Source of the DNA: Chrysomallon squamiferum
Lineage: Eukaryota > Animalia > Mollusca
DNA length: 64,000 bases
Direction: 5' to 3'
Assembly: GCA_012295275.1 (NCBI GenBank)
Contig: CM022665.1
Span: 186,001-250,000, forward strand
This document shows, one piece after another, positions 54,360 to 64,000 of the stretch. The first letter of the stretch is position 1. Each line of letters begins with the position of its first letter. Under the pieces are notes generated by a model, which did not search any database, had not been told where the DNA came from, and saw only the letters and a program-made list of their open reading frames with translations. Made by a program: the position numbers and the translations under genes.

Positions 54360-56700
54360 TACAAAACTGTAATCTAATCTTCTAAAAAAAAAAAAAGGAA
54401 AAATAAAAAAGGAAGAAGAAGAAAAGAAAAAGGAACCTCAGTAACAAGAAAAAAGAACATTCTGATGTAGAAAAAGTGTAACAGAAAATAATTATCATTT
54501 GATCGTCTCGGTTATACTTTTAAATTTAAACTTTAGTCAATTTAAAAAAGATGAAGTAGAGTGGAAATTTAATAACTTATTATTATTAATTCTTTGTTAA
54601 ATAAGTAAAAGGAAAAAAGAAAACAATAAAAAAAAAATAATGAGTCTGTACGCTGTGCCAGTCTATAACTTAGAAGACTTAGATTTGCAACCCCGAAAGA
54701 TGAAATCAAGTTTTCAGTCAAAAGTCAATTTAGAAATATTACTAATGTAAATAAAAGCATAAGTTCATCTTCATCTGTATTTAAGAAAAAAAAAAAAGAA
54801 GTAAATATAAATAAATAAATAAATAATGTTTGCGCCTACGTCAACTTTTACTAGAATAAAATATAATGTACTCAGGTAAATAAACAAATAAATAAATAAA
54901 TAAATAAATAAAAAATAAGTTAAATTAAATTAAATTAAACTAAATTAAACTAAACTAAATTAAATTAAATTATGTTTGTTGCCTAGATTATGATATTTTT
55001 CTTACTAGCGGTTCAAAGTCGCCAAGTTTATTTATATCACTTTGTACACGTAATTTCAGTCACGTGATCGTTACGACATAGAAACGACCCAGATTGTTGT
55101 CTTTTTTCTAATGTATCGAAGTGTCTGAGCTGTTCTTTACGGAAATAATTTGATTCGGAATTTAGGTAAGTTTACAACAAATTTAATAACGGTTTTATAT
55201 ATCTAGTAAGTTACGAGAGTATTCTCAATAGCAGTTAGATTTCTGGAATGTTAACATGTTTATTTATATCACTTTTGTACATGTAATTTGAGAACCTGAT
55301 CGTTACGAGGTCGAAACAACCCGTATACATTGTGTTGTGTATCTTTTTAATATATCCAAGAGTTTGAGCTGTTCTTTACAGAAACAATGTTACTAGGAAT
55401 TTAAGTAAGTTTATAAATATTTTAACAACAGTTTTGTCTATCTAATAATATATGCCTGTAAATATATATTTATTTCGGTAGATAGATTTATGTTTTTTTG
55501 GAAATGTATGAAACTGATTTTAACATTACCTCCTTGTTTACGTTGTGTAAATGTTCACAGCTAATAACGAAGCTTTTCTCGTCGATTTTATTCGATTCAG
55601 TGAGTGACGTAAAACATTCGATTGTATAGGTAATAGGCACGTAGAACTTGGATTTAGTTAATAGTTTAATAACATGACCTGTGTTTGAAATATTAATTAG
55701 GTTTTAACATATATTATTATATTCAGATAATTTGTTACAAACAATAGCTGAAGGTCATAAATTTTGACCCGTTTCTGTTGAATATCATTTTTATTAATAG
55801 GAGTTTATAGCGTAAGTGCTAAGGCAAATATTTAAAATTATTAAATTTATGTTGCTAACTTTATAACATATTTACGTGTTATTTCTTTCTTTTCTGAAAC
55901 CGAAACCTCTGTTGCTTACAACGGACTAAAATATTTCCGGGATTTAATTCATTTGAAAGGAACCCATCTTCTCCTACAGGAATTTTCTGAGCTTGTTAGT
56001 CTCCGATAAATAAAGAAAGACGAGTCAGATAAATTTGTATTCATTTGAATATCTTTTACTTTTTATCAGATTTTAGATCTCAAACATAAAATTTGTGAAT
56101 AATATTTACAGCTATAAAATGTCATAGTAGTATTCTACAATGCTAAACAGGCCAGCTGGAAATAGGGTGACCAAGGCTCCAGTGATGTTAATTCTAAAAT
56201 GTTTATTTTAATTTCATATTACAGAAGTAGAGATCTAAAAGATAAACAGACGAAAATGGGAATGTCAAACTGTCCGTGGACGCTGCACTACAGTACAAAG
56301 TCACCAAAAGTGAAAAACACAGGAGATTCATCTAGAGGTAAATTTTTTAGTTTAATGTTTTCTTAACTGTGATGAAAGAACACAGTTTTGTTTGATAAGT
56401 TGTAATTTATAAACTGAATGTTATCAGATTAAACTGGTAGTAAGTTCAGCAGCAATTTACTTTTGAATAAGAACATAACTGTCTAATTCTACTCTGGAAG
56501 GATGTCTCACTTGAGGACGGTTATCTCGTAATTTTAGTAGCTCACACGACCCTACCACGCGTGTCTTTTAATAAACATACAAACATCACCATCTTGAACG
56601 TTTTATTAATTAGTGAGTATGTATTATGTGTCTTTGTTGCTTCCTTATTCACAAATGTATCATGAAGAGTTATCTCAGAACTTCATTAATGTCCTGGTCC
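54360..56700 (+). pseudogene. Third, compact and degenerate copy of the 5' module/micro-exon region
   Basis: Matches ~27930-28410 and ~31480-32180. ATG exon 55248-55282, micro-exon 55382-55404, 48-nt exon with TGA, 113-nt cassette-type exon 56225-56337 (frame broken), then sequence matching 41100-41270. Confidence 0.6.
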
Positions 56701-57585
56701 AGAGTATTAATTTAACATTGTATGCAGGTTTTGTTTTGTACGCACTTCTATTGTGATGTTTTGAACAGCATTTAATAGGGAACAAGTTCTCTGTAGCATG
56801 ATTTTCATTAGTTCACGGGTTAAACCTGTAATTTCAGAAAAATGAATTCAAATAAAATGGGTAAAATTAACATCAGCTAACGTTTATTTGAAAATAATTA
56901 TTTTTCACCTATTATATTCATGTAGTAATCATTCAAATTAGAAACATGCACAAAGTCACAGACAGACAAACTATTTGACAAGGAAACCAGAACATTAATG
57001 AAACTTCGAGATTACCTTTTATGATAAATTTTGAAGCAAGGAAGTGTGGGAGACATTTGTCTGACTTGCAATATTTCGAAATCACTGAGTGATATTCATT
57101 AATTAAAATAGGTTATAGATATTGATGCTTGTATCTTTATTGCTAAACCAAGATGACGTTACGCGAATTCCTTTGTTTTTCAAATTGTACATAATGAGCT
57201 TTAATATTATTTAGAGAAATTAACAAAAGTGTTCATTAAATGTCATTAAAATATAATACTGTAATTGTGTTATGTTACTAATACTTGTTTTAGATATATA
57301 AAGCACATAAAACAGTGAGATAATCAACACGCGCGTTTCCATTTTTTTATATTTTTTTTTGTGTGTGTTTGTGCTGCCAAGTAATGGTTCACTTCAACAA
57401 ACGATTATGCATTCAGCAACTCCATACAAATAAACCAATGAGCATTAATTCTGAAGGAAAATCCTGTTTGCATTACGTGATCACAGTGAAAACAACGTCA
57501 GAGTTCTTTTTAACCTGTAATCGTTCGAAGAAAGAAGCAAAAACTAAATTTTACTGGAATAAAATGTAATTAAATTTATATCACT

Positions 57586-57961
57586 ATTCCTATTATGTAA
57601 ATAAACATCTTCTGAAGAAGTGTAATATTAGTTCTAGATCAAAATAATGTTGGGTTGAAGTACTACTTGCAAAGTTCTTGAACCGAACACACGGCGAACA
57701 AATATTGAAATGGCGGATTTTTCGTCTGCAATAGTGAAAATATCTTGTATAATTCAGAAGACGATTAAATTAAATTCATATTCCTATTATGTAAATACAT
57801 ATCTCCTGAACAAGTATATATTAGTTCTAGATCAAAATAATGGTGGGCTGAAGTACTACTAGGACAGTTTTTGAACCGAACACACGGCGAACATGTACTA
57901 AATGGCGGATTGTTCGTCCGCAGTAGTGAAAATAGCTTGTATAATTCAGGAGACGATTAAT
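57586..57961. repeat. Two-copy tandem duplication, period ~194 bp
   Basis: ATTCCTATTATGTAAATA...TTGAACCGAACACACGGCGAACA...GACGATTAA occurs twice. Confidence 0.9.
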
Positions 57962-60119
57962 TGCCATTATGTAATCACTGACTTGAAAATGCAAAATCTA
58001 TATTTGTTTAATGCTATTTATTTTATGTATGAATAATTTTTGATATTTAATAAAATTTTAGCGTAATTTATGAAAATATGAACTGCCTTCAATACTTTAA
58101 TGGAATACTCCGCTGCTCTCTTTCAAAATGACTGGCAAATTTATTCCATATTTGTTAGGGTGATGGGTTGTTAGTTGCATTATATTTGTAGGGGCTGGAA
58201 ACAATTCATTCGTCTATTGGTTTTACATTGTTACACTTTTTATTATTAAAATCAAATATAATATTTAGTATACTTTATACTCTATATAACACATAATTAT
58301 TTATCTTTATCAAGTAGGGATCAACTATGTATAACTTTGTTTTTATATGTTACGGGAGCAATACACTATTTTCACTTTCTGTGTGGAGAGATGGGTCCGT
58401 GCGTGTCTATATTATATGCAAATAATGTCAGTTTCATTACATTGGATAATATAATGTTCATAGTTGACTTTCAAAGTGTCTGTTTAATAGCATTCACAAT
58501 TTGACAACAATTGGATAAAAATTGTTGAAACTAGAAACGTAAATGTACAAGAACAGCAAAACATTTGACATTTCTTGTGCTGCGTTTGTTTCAGACGTAA
58601 CGTAATTACTGGCACACTTTTTTTCTCATGTTCGGACATTTTAGCAGTTTTGCTTTGACGTAGCTCACAAACTACTTATCCAGTTTACAAAATTGCTAAT
58701 CGTTTCTTTTGAGGTTCTTCTTCAAATGATATTTTGTAATTATACTAATTTGCCGTATATAAAATATAATAATATTAACATATATTACTTTAATTACAGT
58801 AAAAATACACTGATCTTTATTTTTATTACAGCTACTGCAGTTTATTTTCTTTGAATACTCTTCCTATTAAACAGTAGTCAATCTTGAATGTTTGGATTTT
58901 CCTGTACGTTGTCCATAAAACCAACAGGAATAAAGCTGATCTAAATGGTAGCACAATAACAAGAACAGATTATGTATAATATTCTGTATTTACAGAGCCC
59001 ACTTGCAAAACTGTAAACTTTTCATATTGTGTCTAACAGTAACTTTTGTTACCGTCCTGTGAAAACTGGTTAAAGGTTTCACAGATACCCTCGCATAAAT
59101 AAATAAATAAATAGTCTATCTAAATTATATGATACCAGTAGAATTTCATTTGACGATTTTCTCGGATGCCTCTTAAACCACTTGAGATGATTCACAAATA
59201 AAACTGGTTTTCATATGCTTAAATTTAAAATGATAGAAAACATCTGGCGGTATATCTTGAAAAAAGAAAACAACAAAAGTCTAAAACTTTTGACTTTCTT
59301 GGCCACTTTTCTTAAAACCGTGACAAAAGAAATACTAAAAACTATACATTTGCAAAATATTACAAAGAACAAAATAATCGACATATTCCTAGCTATATTC
59401 TCTTTACTTTCTGTTTGTTTGTTTGTTCGTTCGTATATTAGTTTGTTTTTACATTATATTCTTAACTAACTGATTTTATCTTATATATTGTACTGTAAAA
59501 TTCTGAAACAAGGAGTTTTCAGAGAATTTATGAAATCATTTTTCTTTCACTTGGATATTTGATAACTTCATTATAATCAGTATGGTCCATGAGCTAGATA
59601 TATAAGTTTTGAGTTTTGAGTTGGTCCCACGTCTGAAGTGTCGGTTGATGGACATTTCAGATTGATAGCGCTCTCCTTTTTATGCGGTCACGTTTAAAGA
59701 TGGCTGCATGTTTTATTTTCTGTCTAATATAGTAGAGGTCAATCGACTAAGACGTTCGACTAAATTTGACAAGAAAGAAACAATTTGGATCACTTTGGTC
59801 ATAATAATTTTTCACATTCTGATATTTACATTATAATCGATTTAGTAACAGGTCTGCTGAAAAAGGAGAAAATAAAATCAGAAACTCTCTTTACATATAC
59901 GCAGAGAGAGCTAATGTAATCTGAATGAGATTAATTTTATTATAAATATATTTAGAAAATGTTGATATAAATCCGAGTTGGTTTATTCAACACAAATGGA
60001 AGTACTATATGAAAAAGTTTAAATGACGTACTCAGTTGCAATATGAATAAAGTGTACAACAGTTTTACTAAGTAAAATATAACTCACTCAACAAAATATA
60101 TAAAACTAAATAAATACAA

Positions 60120-61052
60120 ATGTTATTGTTTTTTGACATTTTTAACTGAAATGTCAGGAATACTAGGTCTTCAGTTCTAAAAATAGAAAAAGAAGGAGAG
60201 AAAGAACAAACAAATACTTTATAATGTTAGCAACATAAATCTAATAATTTTAAATATCCGTCTTAACACTTACTTACTCTGTACACTTCTAACAGTTATT
60301 GAGAACCATATTCAAGAGGTGGTCGATAAAAATCTTTGTGATCTTTTCGTTATTGCACGTAACAAAAAAAGTAGTTTTCTCTATTACCTGAATATAGTAA
60401 AACAGGTTAAAACGTAATTATTGTTTCAAATACTAGTTTTATTATAAACCCTTTAAAAAAAAAACTAAATCCAAGGTCTATGCATGCTTCAGACAAGCCA
60501 TTGAACTGAATAAAATCGACCACAAAAGCTTCAATATTTGTTATGAAATTTACACAAAGTCAAACAAGGAAGTAAAGTTAAAATCAGTTTCATATATACA
60601 TGTATTTGAAAAATATCAGTATATTTACAGACATTCGTAAGCACATTGCTTCTGTAAACAGCTCAAACACATCGATATTTCGTTTAATTTTCTCATATGA
60701 TTATATACTCTGTTGTCGAACGTTACAGGATATATTTTATTCCGTTGTAAAAATAGAGGTTTCGATTTCAGAAAAGAAAGAATGAACACGGAAATATTTC
60801 CTAATGTTAGCAAAATAGAACCGATAATTTTAAATGTTTGTCTGAACACTCACTCTATACCTCCTAACTATTATTAAGAGTGGTGATACATATTGGTCAG
60901 TATTTGCGACCTTTTGGTTGTCGTTTAGAACAAAAACAAACAAAAATTGTTTTCTCTATTATTATAATATAATAAAATATGTTAAAACGTAATTATTATT
61001 TCAAACACTGGTTATGTTATTAAATTCTTTAACTAAATTCAAGGTCCACGTG
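60120..61052. repeat. Further degenerate copies of the ~1-kb module family (left-arm orientation; also ~58740-59170)
   Basis: e.g. 60650-60870 is the reverse complement of ~24460-24680. Confidence 0.8.
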
Positions 61053-61058
61053 TTCAAG

Positions 61059-61530
61059 CTGGTATTTCTACCTTATCAGTATTATCAAGTTTTGTTTCTA
61101 CTAAACACAAAATATCATACTGATTAAAAACGTTTTAAAATTCTGGTATATGCAGTTTAGTTTTCAAGCCGCAGAGATACAATATTTACAGAGTTAGAAG
61201 TGTTAACTGTGTTTGTGTGACAGTGGTTCTTCGATATTTCAGTCAGTTCATCTTGACTGTCACCAGTGTAGGGCTGTCCTAGGCACGCTGTTCCGTCTCT
61301 GAGGAGAAACTACGGACACGCCTGTCTGGATTTACAATTTGTGGGCTGTGAATGTTCGATTCGTTATGTCTACCTTGTGTCTGAGTATCTAAGCACCATC
61401 GACTTCCTTCAATAAAAAGTCTGTCAACTACTAATGTCGCACGCAGTCCATGTTTTCAGTAAACTTTGACCATAAACGTTTTCTGCGTTCCACAATATCG
61501 CGAGGAAACTGTCCACTGACACCAAATTAA
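61059..61530 (-). mobile_element. Duplicated 5' part of the same LINE remnant downstream of the second IAP
   Basis: Reverse complement of 44575-45059. Confidence 0.8.
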
Positions 61531-61559
61531 AATGAATTAAAATTCAACATATCGTCATC

Positions 61560-61634
<75 letters not shown>

Positions 61635-61678
61635 TAGAAAAATAAAAATAAATTATAATAAAAATGGGCAGAAACAGA

Positions 61679-64000
61679 TTAACACAAGAAAGCTCGCACA
61701 GTGGCTAGGATTATCTCTCTACAAAGTGGACATCTTCGCAGTCTGGGACGCCCAATGTTCACAGCAACAAAGATGACCGCAGGGCAGGAAAACTATTCTG
61801 ATCTTGTTTTCAAGACAAACTTTGCAGATGAGTTCCTCATTATCATCCGGCAAGGACTCTATTAAATATCAAAGAGTACGTAATAAAAACAATATAATTC
61901 TTGTACGTTAAATAATTTGTGTATTTTGTAGCAAAGAACTGTTTACAATAAATCAAATAACTTGTATACTTTGTTACACATAACCTTTGAAACAAATAAT
62001 TTGCAGACGAATATACAAAAAACGTTTCTGTATTTCTTTCTTTCTTAAATATATCAGGTTACAACAACAATAGTAATAATAATAATGATAATAATAATAA
62101 TAATAATTTCATTACAAGTAACATCAACGACAACAACAATAACAATAATAACAACGTCAATAATAAATAAATAAATAATAATACAAAAATAAATGAATAA
62201 AATGTAATGATAGTAATATTAATAATAATAATAATAATAATAATAACAACAACAACCAAAACAAAAAGAGTAGTAATGATAATTATAACAATAATAGTAG
62301 TAACAATAAGATTAATAAAAATACTAATATCAACAGCGAAAAAAAAAAAAAAAGAAACAACAACAATGAAATAAAACAACAATATACCTGAAGCTCCAAG
62401 TTCTCTGTTTCTTGTTGTTTCGATAAATTCGTCACTCGTTTCTCCATGTAGATTAATATCTGTGTTACAGTTGCTCTAAAATAGATTAATGATATAATAA
62501 CAACAACAACAACAACAACAACAACAATAATAACGACAATAGTAGTAGCAGTAGTAGTACTAAAAAAAGAACAAAAATAATAATCGTAATAATAATAATG
62601 ACACAAAAACATAAAATAATAAACTTTTTAAAAGTAACTTAACTAATAAAATAAGCAAATAATAAACAAAATATCCAAGGAAAGAGAAAGTAAAGATTAC
62701 AAAATGTAAATTAAATTTACGAAATTGTTCAAATCCTTGTGAAAACACAAATACACGTATTTATACAAAGTTAATAATTTCGTGGTGGAGCTAAAAATCT
62801 TCACTTTCATTCATTTCTCGTACCAAATCAATACTTCTGATGAAATCGCATCGTGGAAACCGTCTGGCGTGTTCCACGTAAGGGTTATCTCCCTGCATCC
62901 AATTTCTAAGTTCTCCGCCACAGTAAAAGCAGGTTGTGCTATCACGTGAATTACCTGTGTATACATGAATGTTCTTGTTAATAACTGTATACATTTCCTG
63001 TGACACATACATCCACCATAACTCTGCTAATACTGACACACAAACACATACACACATAGATGAACACTCATACAGAAATACATACATATACACAAAATTA
63101 ATGTATAATGTTGCAATCGATCTTTCAAAGATTTCAGATGACTATCAAAATACCAAAATTCAAAATCAGTCTTAAAATTCTGAAATGTTTATATCACTAT
63201 TAAAATGTCAGGTAAAATGTCAGTAATTTCAAGTCTTATTAGCAAATGAACATTAAAATGAAAAAGACTTAAAATGTAAATGATAAAAAGTATAGAGCAG
63301 TCGAAGAAGATTTTCAAATGATTATTAAAATGTGAAGATGTCTGATTAAGCAGCAGTAACACTGACCAGAGAAGAAGAAACCGGCTTCTGCCAGTTCTCT
63401 CGGAGACTGGTAGTGATGACATGGCGATCGGTACTGAAATGACGAAATACGTGTTTGTACGTCGACGTAGTCCCTATGACGTGGTGCATGCAATGTCGGG
63501 GCTGATGTAGAGGAGCTTCCAGACAGAAAACCGGACAGCTGAAGGATTGGTAAATTACTGAGACTGAGCTGTGAAGAACTTTGATGAAAATCTTTAGAAG
63601 CAACAGCATCACCACTGACAGAACTCTGACCGTTAAAAGAAGGAACTGTAGCGTTAACAGGAAGTGAAACAGCATTTGTAGCCATATCAGCAGATGTAGA
63701 TGAAAAAATGGCTGTAGCCATACCACTGGTATTAACAGCAAATGTAGATGTAAAAGTGCTTGAGGGTATACTACAAATATTACCAGTAAGTGTAGGCATA
63801 CAGCTGGTATTAGTAGCTGATGCTAGAGTTCCAGTCAAACTGTCGGCAGATACGACAATATTTTCATGACCAACAGAGGTAACGATGTTGTCGATGTTAT
63901 TTCTTGGTGTTTCAGAGACTCCAAACAGTTCATTGTCACTAACTGAACTTTGAGAGTCGCTCCGATTACGAAGTGTTTCACTTTGAACAGCTGGTAACAC
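61679..64000 (-). pseudogene. Second IAP paralogue, 5' end outside the window; truncated or pseudogenised. Exons >64000-63367, 62954-62791(stop), 62475-62388, 61858-61679
   Basis: [29 protein letters not shown]; donor after the BIR exon is deleted giving TAG at 62791-62793; RING exon is 180 nt vs 179 in the paralogue (frameshift, TAG at 61719-61721). Confidence 0.85.

Overview
Very AT-rich, intron- and microsatellite-rich animal DNA (probably an invertebrate such as a mollusc; inferred only). There are no prokaryotic features, and most ORF-track entries are microsatellite noise. Main content: (1) 1-11.6 kb is a tandem array of ~1.77-kb units. Each unit carries one 78-nt, AG/GT-bounded, frame-preserving exon on the minus strand whose sequence is hypervariable while the flanking intron DNA is almost identical. 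(2) ~11.9-37.2 kb is a large imperfect inverted duplication around an assembly gap, built from degenerate ~1-kb modules that hold candidate promoters and micro-exons. (3) 41.4-44.5 kb is a spliced IAP gene (degenerate BIR + BIR + C3HC4 RING) on the plus strand, preceded by in-phase short exons related to the array unit. (4) A LINE remnant and simple/tandem repeats follow. (5) 61.7-64 kb is a convergent IAP paralogue with a lost splice donor and a RING frameshift. Best candidate for a new system: an expanding array of apparently positively selected peptide-cassette exons, possibly forming a variable N-terminal extension of IAP ubiquitin ligases. All gene models were read by eye and lack transcript support.
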